Shown piece by piece: positions 1-9,523 of a DNA stretch of 32,000 bases. The notes under the pieces were generated by a model that was not told the DNA's origin, searched no databases, and saw nothing but the letters and a program-made list of their open reading frames with translations. The position numbers and the translations under genes are program-made. The first letter of the stretch is position 1, and each line of letters begins with the position of its first letter. Origin of the DNA: Mycoplasmatota bacterium (GTDB lineage Bacteria > Bacillota_I > Bacilli_A > MAG-NZ); assembly GCA_018394315.1 (NCBI GenBank), contig CP074575.1, forward strand, positions 1,116,615-1,148,614. Reading direction: 5' to 3'.

Positions 1-2
1 CT

Positions 3-1556
3 AAAGAACTTCCAGAATTGGATATGGTGATTGGAACTAGGGAACAAGATAAAATCATCGCTGAGTATTTACAAGATATTGTAAAAACAGAGTTTGGATT
101 AACTTTAAATGTTCTACCATTCGAGAAAAAATATGATGAGTTTAAAGCTCAAAAATTTGACATTGGATATGCTGGATGGGGACCTGACTATAATGATGCT
201 GATACATATTTACATATGTGGGCTTCAGGAAACTATACATCAACATATGTTGGATGGGAAGATTCAGTATTTGATAGTTTGATGCATGAAACTGAATACT
301 TACCTGATGGAGAAGAAAGAGCTGCTAAATTATTTGAAGCAGAAGGATACCTATTAGAGAATGGTCCGATAATCCCATTGTTTACACGTGGTGGTGCATA
401 CGCAGTTGCTGATGGAGTAGAAGGGTTCTATAAAAACTTTGTTGGAACTGAAAATGACTACATTTTTGCATCTACACCAAACAATACATTAAGATTGGCG
501 TCAACATTAGAGCCAGACTCTTTAGATCCTCAAATATGTAATGCAAATTGGTGTACAGTTGTAACATCAAGTATGTATGAAGGATTAGTAACATTCCACA
601 ACAATGAGTATCTTCCAGGTATGGCGGAAAGTTGGGAAGTATCAGAAGATGGTATGGTTTATACATTTAATATTCGTGAAGATGCTAAGTGGGCTGATGG
701 AACACCAATCAACGCTCAAACATATGTAGATTCTTTAGCATTATTATTAACTCGTGGAGACACTGGTGGATTCTCATACCTAGGTCATAACATTAAAAAT
801 GCTGCTGCAGTTGATGAGGGAACTTTACCAGTTGAAGAATTAGGAGCTAAAGCTGTTTCTGAATATGTGTTAGAAATTACTTTAGAAAATCCAGCTTCTT
901 ACTTCTTATCGTTAAGTACACTTGCTACTTTCTACCCAGTTAACGCTGCTTTATATGAGGAACTAGGTGGAGAATATGGTACTTCAATGGATAAAGTTGT
1001 TGGAAATGGTCCATTCAAAATTGTAGAAGCATTACCTCAAAATAAATACGTAATGGAAAAAGATGAAAGTTACTGGAACGCAGATGCTATTGATCTAGAT
1101 AGAATTGAAGTTTATATTATTCCTGATGAGACTACTCAAATGAATATGTTCGAAAATGGAGAAATAGATGTTGTTGATATAGCTAAGGATTACGTAGCAT
1201 CTTATGATGCAGAAGGTAAAGCAATAAAATTTGATGCAGGTGTTGTTTATTACTTGAAACTAAGTTTCGGTGAAGGGTCTTCTCCAGAAGCTCATGAACT
1301 TGCTACAAATAGAAACTTTATATATGCTGTTTCTAACTTGATTGATAGAACAGGTCTTGTTGATTCAGTATTTGGTGAAGCTTCAACTTATGCTCCATCA
1401 GGAAGACAAGTAATTAATGGAGTAACTGCTTATAGTGGTGCTAACTATGGTGATTTATATGGTGATGCAGATTTCGGTCATCCATTAACTCCAAATGTTG
1501 AGCTTGCTAAGGAGTATTTCCAAAAAGCACTTGAAGAATTAGGGTATACAGAGTAA
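3..1556 (+). CDS. Family-5 (OppA/DppA-type) peptide ABC substrate-binding protein, 5'-partial, with C-terminal-type segment preceding N-terminal-type segment
   Basis: The frame is open from nt 3 to the window edge, and there is no SD before TTG18/ATG24. The first ~150 aa carry the C-terminal SBP_5 pattern (KFDIGYAGWGPDYNDADTYL ... GPIIPLF). This continues, with no stop or signal peptide, into the N-terminal SBP_5 pattern (LEPDSLDPQ ... MYEGLV ... LPGMAESWEVSEDGMVYTFNIREDAKWADGTPI). The ORF ends at AKEYFQKALEELGYTE-stop. Confidence 0.85.
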   Translation, partial: KELPELDMVIGTREQDKIIAEYLQDIVKTEFGLTLNVLPFEKKYDEFKAQKFDIGYAGWGPDYNDADTYLHMWASGNYTSTYVGWEDSVFDSLMHETEYLPDGEERAAKLFEAEGYLLENGPIIPLFTRGGAYAVADGVEGFYKNFVGTENDYIFASTPNNTLRLASTLEPDSLDPQICNANWCTVVTSSMYEGLVTFHNNEYLPGMAESWEVSEDGMVYTFNIREDAKWADGTPINAQTYVDSLALLLTRGDTGGFSYLGHNIKNAAAVDEGTLPVEELGAKAVSEYVLEITLENPASYFLSLSTLATFYPVNAALYEELGGEYGTSMDKVVGNGPFKIVEALPQNKYVMEKDESYWNADAIDLDRIEVYIIPDETTQMNMFENGEIDVVDIAKDYVASYDAEGKAIKFDAGVVYYLKLSFGEGSSPEAHELATNRNFIYAVSNLIDRTGLVDSVFGEASTYAPSGRQVINGVTAYSGANYGDLYGDADFGHPLTPNVELAKEYFQKALEELGYTE

Positions 1557-1578
1557 GTAACATATAAAAATAAATATA

Positions 1579-1620
1579 TTGGAGAATTCTAAGGAGAATT
1601 CTTCAATGTATTTTATTTAT
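1579..1620 (+). terminator. Rho-independent terminator/attenuator between binding-protein gene and permease genes
   Basis: 12-bp stem TTGGAGAATTCT / AGAATTCTTCAA (one G-U pair) with loop AAGG, followed by TGTATTTTATTTAT. The position after the SBP gene is typical of opp operons. Confidence 0.7.
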
Positions 1621-1636
1621 AAGGGAGATAAAAATA

Positions 1637-2548
1637 ATGACAAAGTACATATTAAAGAGATTATTAATTAGCTTGATAACAATATTTGTATTGTGTACGG
1701 TTACGTTCTTTGTGATTCGTTGGATCCCAGGTGATCCATTCGAAAATCCTAAAATTACAGAAGAAATGCATGCTCAATTGGTTACTTACTATGGTTTAGA
1801 TAAACCGGTTATCGTTCAATACGGTGGATTTTTGAAAAACCTATTTAATGGTCATCTTGGGTACTCAATACAATATACAAATAGACCAGTTACAGAGATA
1901 ATAGGAGAAGCATTCCCTTACTCATTTGACCTTGGGGTTAGAGCACTTTTGTTTGCTACTATTGCAGGAATTAGTTTGGGGATAACTGCTGCACTTAATA
2001 GAAAGAAAACATTGGACTATGTGAGTATTTTAGTAGCAGTAATTGGGATCTCAGTCCCAAGTTTTGTAGTCGCTAGTTCACTACAATACTTTTTTGGTGT
2101 TAAGTTAGGTGTGCTTCCTGTTTCTAGATATGAAAGTTTTGCATCAACAATATTACCTTCATTTGCTTTGGGTCTAGGAACTTTAGCAACACTAACTCGT
2201 TTAATGAGAACAAGTATGTTAGAAGTAATATCTACGGATTATGTGAAAACTGCTAAATCAAAAGGAGTTGGAAAACTAGGTGTTATATTGAAACATCAAC
2301 TTAGAAATGCATTACTACCAATAGTAACAATTTTAGGACCAACTGCAGCATTTTTGATGACAGGTACATTTATTGTAGAGCAAATATTTGCTATTCCTGG
2401 GTTGGGGCGTCATTTTATAATGGCGGTTCAAAATACGGATTATAGTTTAGTTACTGGACTTACAATATTCTTCGGTTCGGTACTCGTATTAATGAATTTT
2501 TTAGTAGATTTAGTCTATGGGCTAATTGATCCAAGGATAAGGGGGTAG
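1637..2548 (+). CDS. oppB: Oligopeptide/dipeptide ABC transporter permease (OppB/DppB type)
   Basis: 303 aa with multiple hydrophobic segments. N-terminus MTKYILKRLL..IPGDP and C-terminus VDLVYGLIDPRIR are typical of OppB-type permeases. GGGAG SD upstream. Confidence 0.9.
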   Translation: MTKYILKRLLISLITIFVLCTVTFFVIRWIPGDPFENPKITEEMHAQLVTYYGLDKPVIVQYGGFLKNLFNGHLGYSIQYTNRPVTEIIGEAFPYSFDLGVRALLFATIAGISLGITAALNRKKTLDYVSILVAVIGISVPSFVVASSLQYFFGVKLGVLPVSRYESFASTILPSFALGLGTLATLTRLMRTSMLEVISTDYVKTAKSKGVGKLGVILKHQLRNALLPIVTILGPTAAFLMTGTFIVEQIFAIPGLGRHFIMAVQNTDYSLVTGLTIFFGSVLVLMNFLVDLVYGLIDPRIRG

Positions 2549-2554
2549 CGAATA

Positions 2555-3478
2555 ATGACAAATAAATTAAGTGAAGATAAGTTATTTTCTCATATTGGAG
2601 CTAATCAAAAAGATGCAGAACAAATCGAGAGTGTATCTATTACTTATTTTCAAGACGTAAGAAGAAGATTTCTAAAGAATAAGGTAGCTACAGTTAGTTT
2701 GATTATATTAATTATACTTATTTGCTTATCAGTGATTTTGCCTTTCATTATTGATCATAAGTATACGACGACAAATTTACTTGCTTCAAATAAATCGCCA
2801 AATAATGAGTTTTGGTTTGGTACAGATAGCTTAGGAAGAGATTTATTTGCTAGGATTTGGCAAGGAGGAAGAGTATCATTCGCAGTAGGATTTACTGCTG
2901 CATTTACTTCTGGTATTTTAGGAGTATTAATGGGATCTATTGCCGGATTTTTCGGAGGTAAAGTAGATATGCTTATTATGAGGATAATTGATGTAATGAT
3001 TTCAATTCCTTATTTAATTATCGTGATGTTAATAATGGTTGTTTTAAATTCAGGATTAACTTCGATAATTATTGCTTTAACAATAACTGGATGGTTGAAC
3101 ATGGCAAGACTTGTTAGGGGACAAATCCTTACTTTAAAGAATGAAGATTATGTTTTAGTCGCTGAGTCTTTGGGTGTTAAGCCATTTAGAATAATGTTAA
3201 GACATTTAATACCAAATACAATGGGAGTTATTATCGTTACCTTAACTATGGCTATTCCTAGAGCTATTTTCTCAGAGGCATTTTTGGCTTTTATCGGTTT
3301 AGGTATAGCACCACCACAAACTAGTTGGGGTCAACTAGCTAATTCAGGTGTCAAGGTTATGCGTTTATTCCCATACCAAATGTGGATACCATCAATATTT
3401 ATAAGTTTAACAATGCTTTGTTTACAATTAGTTGGTGACGGATTAAGAGATGCACTCGATCCAAAATTAAGACAGTAG
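2555..3478 (+). CDS. oppC: Oligopeptide/dipeptide ABC transporter permease (OppC/DppC type)
   Basis: 307 aa. Has an OppC-type N-terminal extension and the WFGTDSLGRDLFARIW motif. C-terminus is GDGLRDALDPKLR. Confidence 0.9.
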   Translation: MTNKLSEDKLFSHIGANQKDAEQIESVSITYFQDVRRRFLKNKVATVSLIILIILICLSVILPFIIDHKYTTTNLLASNKSPNNEFWFGTDSLGRDLFARIWQGGRVSFAVGFTAAFTSGILGVLMGSIAGFFGGKVDMLIMRIIDVMISIPYLIIVMLIMVVLNSGLTSIIIALTITGWLNMARLVRGQILTLKNEDYVLVAESLGVKPFRIMLRHLIPNTMGVIIVTLTMAIPRAIFSEAFLAFIGLGIAPPQTSWGQLANSGVKVMRLFPYQMWIPSIFISLTMLCLQLVGDGLRDALDPKLRQ

Positions 3479-3489
3479 GGGGTAATAAA

Positions 3490-4503
3490 ATGAGAAAAGA
3501 ACTGTTAACAGTAGAAAATTTACACATTAGTTTTAGTACCTATGCTGGTGAAGTAAAAGCGGTAAGAGGTGCAACTTTTAGTGTAAAAGAAGGTGAAGTA
3601 TTGGCTATCGTTGGAGAGTCGGGTTCCGGTAAGAGTGTTGTTACGCAGTCAGTACTGAAATTAGTGAGTAATGCAATAATAAAAGAAGGTTCTATCAAAT
3701 TTAAAGGTGTTGATATAACTAGTTATAATGATCCTCAAATGCAGAAAATTCGAGGTAAAGAAATAGGTATTATCTTTCAAGATGCTATGACTAGTTTAAA
3801 TCCTACAATGAAAATAGGTAAACAAATTATGGAAGGATTAATAGGTCACCAAGGATTATCTAAGGTAACGGCAAAAGCTCAAGCGATTGAACTACTAACA
3901 AGAGTTGGTATACCTAATCCTGAAATAAGATTCAATCAATATATTCATAAATTAAGTGGAGGTATGCGTCAACGTGTTATGATCGCTATTGCTTTGGCGT
4001 GTAATCCGAAATTGTTGATTGCTGATGAACCAACTACTGCTTTAGATGTAACTATACAAGCTCAAATATTAGATTTGATGTCAGAACTGCTTGATGGGAC
4101 TGATGTTTCTATAATATTAATTACTCATGACTTGGGTGTGGTGGCTTCAAAAGCAGATAGAATCGTAGTAATGTATGCAGGGCAACCAGTTGAAATCGGC
4201 ACTAGTGCTGATATTTTCTATAGGAGTAAACATCCTTATACTCGTGGCTTGTTAGAGTCGATTCCATATTTGGACGTTGATGAAGATCAAGAATTGAAGT
4301 CGATTTTAGGTAGTCCACCAAATGCATTACATCCACCAAAAGGGTGTGGATTTGCTGCTAGATGTAATTATGCAATGGAAGTTTGTAAACAAGAAAATCC
4401 ATCTATTAAGGAATTTGATTCTGAACATAAGACGTTCTGTTGGATGTATGATGAAAGAGCTAAGGAAGTCTTAAGTAAGTTCGAAAAGGATGGTGCCAAG
4501 TAA
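3490..4503 (+). CDS. oppD: Oligopeptide ABC transporter ATP-binding protein (OppD type)
   Basis: Walker A GESGSGKS, signature LSGGMRQR, Walker B LLIADEPTTALD. Opp/Dpp-type C-terminal extension with Cys motif GCGFAARCNYAMEVC...FCW. Confidence 0.9.
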   Translation: MRKELLTVENLHISFSTYAGEVKAVRGATFSVKEGEVLAIVGESGSGKSVVTQSVLKLVSNAIIKEGSIKFKGVDITSYNDPQMQKIRGKEIGIIFQDAMTSLNPTMKIGKQIMEGLIGHQGLSKVTAKAQAIELLTRVGIPNPEIRFNQYIHKLSGGMRQRVMIAIALACNPKLLIADEPTTALDVTIQAQILDLMSELLDGTDVSIILITHDLGVVASKADRIVVMYAGQPVEIGTSADIFYRSKHPYTRGLLESIPYLDVDEDQELKSILGSPPNALHPPKGCGFAARCNYAMEVCKQENPSIKEFDSEHKTFCWMYDERAKEVLSKFEKDGAK

Positions 4504-5469
4504 ATGAAAAAAAAGTTAATTGAGATTAAAAATTTGAATAAACACTTCGTTCTCGATAAAAAGAATACAGTTTTCGCTGTAAGGAACGTATCATTTGATA
4601 TATATGAGGGAGAAACTGTTGGTTTAGTAGGTGAATCAGGGTGTGGAAAAACTACACTAGGAAGAACAGTAAAAGGCATTTACGATACTACTTCTGGCGA
4701 TATTATATATGATGGTAAGAGCATTGTTGATGCTACAAAAAAAGAGAAAAGAGAATATACAAAAAAAGCACAAATGATTTTCCAAGATCCATATTCTTCT
4801 TTAAATCCTCGTTTGACTGTTTCTCAAATTATTGCAGAAGGTATGAATGCTCATAAAATGTATAGTAAGGAAAAGCAAAGTGAGAAAATAGAAGAACTTT
4901 TAGAGAAAGTTGGTTTAGATAAAAATCACGCTAACAGATTTCCGCATGAGTTTAGTGGTGGGCAACGTCAACGTGTTGGAATAGCTAGAGCGTTAGCACT
5001 AAAACCGAAATTTATTGTCTGTGATGAGCCTACAAGCGCTTTAGATGTATCTATACAAGCACAAGTAATAAACTTACTTAAGGAATTACAAAACGAATTC
5101 AACCTTACTTTTTTGTTCATTGCACATGACTTATCAATGGTAAAATATATCTCTGATAGAGTTGGAGTGATGTATCTGGGTGAATTAGTTGAATTAACAA
5201 CATCGAATCGTATTTATTCGAGTTCTGTGCACCCTTATACAGAGGCGTTAATGTCAGCAATTCCAATTCCTGATCCAGAAGTAGAATCAAGTAGAGAGCG
5301 TATTAAGATTGAAGGAGAATTACCATCTCCAATTAACATCCCTAGCATAGGCTGCTCATTCTATAACCGATGTGGATATGCTACTGATGATTGTAAAACA
5401 AAAGTTATGAAAATGAAAGAGATCTATCCAGGTCATTTTGCTACTTGTGATAGAGCTAGAAAGAGGTAG
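4504..5469 (+). CDS. oppF: Oligopeptide ABC transporter ATP-binding protein (OppF type)
   Basis: Walker A GESGCGKTT, signature FSGGQRQR, Walker B FIVCDEPTSALD. C-terminal extension GCSFYNRCGYATDDC...ATC. The start abuts the oppD stop. Confidence 0.9.
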   Translation: MKKKLIEIKNLNKHFVLDKKNTVFAVRNVSFDIYEGETVGLVGESGCGKTTLGRTVKGIYDTTSGDIIYDGKSIVDATKKEKREYTKKAQMIFQDPYSSLNPRLTVSQIIAEGMNAHKMYSKEKQSEKIEELLEKVGLDKNHANRFPHEFSGGQRQRVGIARALALKPKFIVCDEPTSALDVSIQAQVINLLKELQNEFNLTFLFIAHDLSMVKYISDRVGVMYLGELVELTTSNRIYSSSVHPYTEALMSAIPIPDPEVESSRERIKIEGELPSPINIPSIGCSFYNRCGYATDDCKTKVMKMKEIYPGHFATCDRARKR

Positions 5470-5472
5470 CGA

Positions 5473-6840
5473 ATGCAAACTTCTAATGAAAGTTTTTTAT
5501 ATACAGTAATTGACGGCGCTTCAAATTTTAAAGAAAAGATTATATCTTACCGTAAGCAAATAGAGATTAGAAACAGTTGGCTAGAAGAGCGAATTAATAC
5601 GATATTACCTTCACTAATGTTGCGTGAAAATATAGATTGCTGGGTTGTTATGGCAAGGGAATATAATGAAGATCCAGTTATTATGAGTTTATTACCTGCA
5701 TCAATGTTATCTTGCAGAAGAACGACAATTCTATTATTTTCTTTACAAGATGATGGTACCTTAAAGCGTTATAGTCTCTCTCGACCTGGAACTGGTGTTG
5801 ATCATCTATATCAAGGAGTCTGGACAAATCCACTAGGTCAAGACTGGGGGAATCTAGATATAATGCCGTTTACTACTAAGCAAGAAGTAACGACAACTGA
5901 ACCAGAGACACAGTTTCAATGTCTTGCGAGAATTATAAAAGAGATCGATCCTAAAAGAATCGGATTAAATTTTTCAAGTGATTTTGCTTTTGGAGATGGA
6001 TTAACTAAAAGTTTATACGAAGAATTTTCTAATAATTTAGACTTTAATTTAAAATCGAGAATAGTAAGCGCAGAAAACATTTGTGTTGGATGGTTAGAGA
6101 CTAGAACCGATAATGAAATCTATGCCTATAATGGAATAGTTCAGATTGCGCATGGTATTATTTCTGAAGCGTTTTCGTCAAAAGTAATCTTACCAGGTGT
6201 TACAACTAATGCTGATGTTAAATTTTATATGATGCAAAAAGTAATTGACCTAGGTTTAGTTCCTTGGTTTGATTTTGAAGTTTCAATTATCAGAGAAGAA
6301 ATTGGAGCAATTGGAAAGGAAACTATAATCTTACCTGGTGATGTTTTACATTGTGATGTGGGATTAAAGTACTTAGGTTTATGTACTGATACGCAACATA
6401 ATGCATATGTACTTAAACTAGATGAAATCGAACCGCCAAAAGGTATACAACAACTACAACTAGATTTAAATAAACTTCAAGATATTACTCTTAGTAAATA
6501 TGTTGAAGGTTATTCGGGCAATCAAATCTTAAAAGATGCTCGCGAAGAAGCAATAAGAAAAGGGTTAAACCCATGTATTTACACTCATCCTATTGGTGTG
6601 CATGGGCACGGAGCAGGACCTACTATTGGACTTTGGGATATGCAAGATGGTGTTAAAGGTAGAGGGGATTATCCGCTTAATAACAATACACTTTATTCGT
6701 TGGAACTGAATATAACAACTACTATTCCAGAATGGAATAATCAAGAAATTACAATTGGGGCGGAGACAGACGTGTTGTTCAAAGATGGAAAAACATATTA
6801 CGTCGCTGGACAACAGACAAAAATGTATTTAATAAAATAG
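5473..6840 (+). CDS. M24-family metallopeptidase, long divergent subtype (group I, copy 1)
   Basis: 455 aa. Pita-bread pattern with a D-x10-D pair (HCDVGLKYLGLCTD), then YTHPIGVHGHGAGP, YSLELN and GAETDV. No signal peptide. AGAGG SD. Confidence 0.8.
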   Translation: MQTSNESFLYTVIDGASNFKEKIISYRKQIEIRNSWLEERINTILPSLMLRENIDCWVVMAREYNEDPVIMSLLPASMLSCRRTTILLFSLQDDGTLKRYSLSRPGTGVDHLYQGVWTNPLGQDWGNLDIMPFTTKQEVTTTEPETQFQCLARIIKEIDPKRIGLNFSSDFAFGDGLTKSLYEEFSNNLDFNLKSRIVSAENICVGWLETRTDNEIYAYNGIVQIAHGIISEAFSSKVILPGVTTNADVKFYMMQKVIDLGLVPWFDFEVSIIREEIGAIGKETIILPGDVLHCDVGLKYLGLCTDTQHNAYVLKLDEIEPPKGIQQLQLDLNKLQDITLSKYVEGYSGNQILKDAREEAIRKGLNPCIYTHPIGVHGHGAGPTIGLWDMQDGVKGRGDYPLNNNTLYSLELNITTTIPEWNNQEITIGAETDVLFKDGKTYYVAGQQTKMYLIK

Positions 6841-6850
6841 AGGTATAAAA

Positions 6851-8029
6851 ATGTCAATTCAAAGAGAAAAAGTAATCCAGGCAATTGAAATTGTAAAGGA
6901 AGAAAATATTGATATATGGTTAACAATTGGTAGAGAAACTGTCATGAACTCCGATCCAGTGATTCAATTGATTTCTAAAACTGATTTTGGTGGATTGACG
7001 GCAGCAATGATTTGCAAAAATGGAGATAATTTCATGCTTGCTAATCACCTAGATTCTGAAGGTTACCGAATGACTAATGTATTTGATAAGGTTATTCAAT
7101 ACGAGAACTTTGTGGAAAGTCTTTATAAAGTATTAGATGATATAAATCCAGAAGTAATAGCCGTTAATTATTCTAAAGATGTTGCTGCTGATGGCTTAAC
7201 GTATGGAATGTACATTCAGCTTTCTGAATGGCTTAATGAATATGGTTATAAGGGTAAGTTAATCTCTTCAGAAAGAATAATTGGGAAACTTCGCGGTTGT
7301 AAAACCAAAACCGAAATAGAATATATTAAAGAATCAACAAAGTATGCTGAGAAGATATTATTAGATTGTGTAGATTTCATAAGAGAAGGTGTTAGCGAAA
7401 AAGAAATATTAGATTTTTGCCATGAGAGAACTGAGTATTATGGACTAGAATTATCTTGGGAACCAGAACAATGCCCTGGCGTCATGGTAGGTCCTGATAC
7501 TGTCTTGGGGCATGCTGCACCAAGTGATACACTAAAAGTTAAAAAAGGTGATGTTGTCAATCTCGATTTTGGAGTAAAATATAAAAATTATTGTTCAGAT
7601 ATACAAAGAGTATTTTATGTTCCAAATGATGAGGATACGAATCTTCCTCATGAAATTATCACTACATTTGAAGGGGTACAGGAAGCGGTTCAAGCTGGAG
7701 TTTATAAGATGACAGTAGGTGAAACAATCTACATTCCGGATAAAACTGCTAGAAAATCATTAAGGAAAAATGGATTACCAGACTTTAAGTTTGGATTCGG
7801 TCATCAGGTAGGTTTGGCTACTCATGATGGTGGAATCTCTATGTCTCCAAGAAATAAAAATTATCAAGGGGCACAAGATAACTTCTTCTTAGAAAATATG
7901 GTATATACAGCTGATGTTGGGGTAAAAACTTCTCGAGGACACGTTAATCAAGAAGATATGATACTTATCACAAGTAATGGGCCGGTTTTCATTTCCAAAA
8001 AACAAAAATTACCTTATTGGTGTAAGTAA
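6851..8029 (+). CDS. M24-family peptidase, Xaa-Pro aminopeptidase-like (group II, copy 1)
   Basis: 392 aa with a creatinase-like N-terminal domain. Motifs: LDFGVKYKNYCSD (D-x10-D), GFGHQVGLATHDGG, YTADVG (Asp where the canonical motif is EP) and NQEDMILIT. Confidence 0.8.
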   Translation: MSIQREKVIQAIEIVKEENIDIWLTIGRETVMNSDPVIQLISKTDFGGLTAAMICKNGDNFMLANHLDSEGYRMTNVFDKVIQYENFVESLYKVLDDINPEVIAVNYSKDVAADGLTYGMYIQLSEWLNEYGYKGKLISSERIIGKLRGCKTKTEIEYIKESTKYAEKILLDCVDFIREGVSEKEILDFCHERTEYYGLELSWEPEQCPGVMVGPDTVLGHAAPSDTLKVKKGDVVNLDFGVKYKNYCSDIQRVFYVPNDEDTNLPHEIITTFEGVQEAVQAGVYKMTVGETIYIPDKTARKSLRKNGLPDFKFGFGHQVGLATHDGGISMSPRNKNYQGAQDNFFLENMVYTADVGVKTSRGHVNQEDMILITSNGPVFISKKQKLPYWCK

Positions 8030-8061
8030 ATTCTTACTAATATAGTAGAAAAAGGTGAAGA

Positions 8062-9384
8062 ATGACATATAAGAAAAAGATGAAAGAGCAATTTAGATTA
8101 TGTAATGATTGGTTAGTTAAGCGACTAGACACGGTAATTCCTTTAGTAATGGAGAGAACAGACAGTGATATGTGGATTGTTATTGGATCAGAAAATAATG
8201 AGGACCCAGTACTAAAGACAATGTTACCACAGGAGTTTTTTGGAGCGGTTGGAAAAAACATATTAGTTTTTTGTAAATTACCTGACGGAAAAGTTGATAG
8301 ACTAACTGTTTCTAGACCTTTAAGTGCAATTGATTATTACTACAAGCCTGTTTGGTATAAGCAAAAGGGTAAGGACTGGAAATCGTATTATGAATGGATG
8401 AACACACAAAACAGATTTATTAGTGTTAATTTAGATAACTATGAAGAGGAAACTGAGTGGGAATGCTTAAATCGTATTGTTAGAGAATATAAACCTAAGT
8501 CTATTGGACTGAATTATTCAAAGAGAACTAAATTTGCTGATGGTATTTCGCATTCAGAATATACTCAAATTAAGGAATGTCTAGATAATGAATACAAGGA
8601 TAAAATAACGTCTGCAGATTTGTTAGCTGTAGGTTGGTTAGAGACTAGAATTAAAGAGGAAATCGAGTATTATGAAGAATTGACTAACATAGCCCAATCC
8701 TTGATTAAAAGAGCATATTCAAGAGAAGTTATTGAAGTAGGAAAAACAACTAGTGGTGACGTAAGATGGTTCTTAATGCAAGAAGCCACTGATTTAGGAC
8801 TTAAACCGTGGTTTGAGGCTACAGTGTGGATTAATAGAGAAGGGGTTAAGGGATTAGACCATTCAGCAGTTATTGAGTATGGAGATTTACTACATTGTGA
8901 TTTTGGCGTTCAGTATATGGGTCTTTGTACCGATATTCAAGAAATGTGTTACATTCTAAAACCAAATGAAACTGATATTCCAAGTGGTATTTTAAAAGGA
9001 CAAGCTCAGGCAAATAGATTACAAGATATCCTAGCTGAGGAAATGACATGCGGATTGACGGGCAATGATGTTTTTGAAGCTACTATTAAAAGAGCAAAAT
9101 CCGAAGGGATGAAACCTTCTGTTTACACACATCCAATTGGATTTCATGGACATGGAGCAGGACCGTTAATTGGTCTATTCACGGCTCAAAAGCCTATTCC
9201 AAGAGGAGATAGAATACTTTATGCAAATACCATGTATTCTTTTGAACTAAATGTGACAGCTTCTATAGATGAATGGAACGGACAAGAAGTAATGTATGGT
9301 TTAGAAACAGATTGTTTGTTACGTGAAGATAACACAATTCACTATTTCGGTAAGAGACTAATGAAACCACATATAATAAAATGA
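8062..9384 (+). CDS. M24-family metallopeptidase, long divergent subtype (group I, copy 2)
   Basis: 440 aa, colinear with the 5473..6840 product. Shared motifs include MWIVIGSENNEDPV, GWLETR, LLHCDFGVQYMGLCTD, YTHPIGFHGHGAGP, YSFELN and GLETDC. Confidence 0.8.
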   Translation: MTYKKKMKEQFRLCNDWLVKRLDTVIPLVMERTDSDMWIVIGSENNEDPVLKTMLPQEFFGAVGKNILVFCKLPDGKVDRLTVSRPLSAIDYYYKPVWYKQKGKDWKSYYEWMNTQNRFISVNLDNYEEETEWECLNRIVREYKPKSIGLNYSKRTKFADGISHSEYTQIKECLDNEYKDKITSADLLAVGWLETRIKEEIEYYEELTNIAQSLIKRAYSREVIEVGKTTSGDVRWFLMQEATDLGLKPWFEATVWINREGVKGLDHSAVIEYGDLLHCDFGVQYMGLCTDIQEMCYILKPNETDIPSGILKGQAQANRLQDILAEEMTCGLTGNDVFEATIKRAKSEGMKPSVYTHPIGFHGHGAGPLIGLFTAQKPIPRGDRILYANTMYSFELNVTASIDEWNGQEVMYGLETDCLLREDNTIHYFGKRLMKPHIIK

Positions 9385-9523
9385 GTATTAAATATTCATA
9401 AAATATAATGTTCACTTGTTTGAATTTAAATGCACCTTAACGTGGGGACTTGTCGTCATAGGTTGGTATTCGATTTTAAAAGAGTGAACCTGTTTAATTT
9501 AAAATAGATTATAGGAGGTAAGT

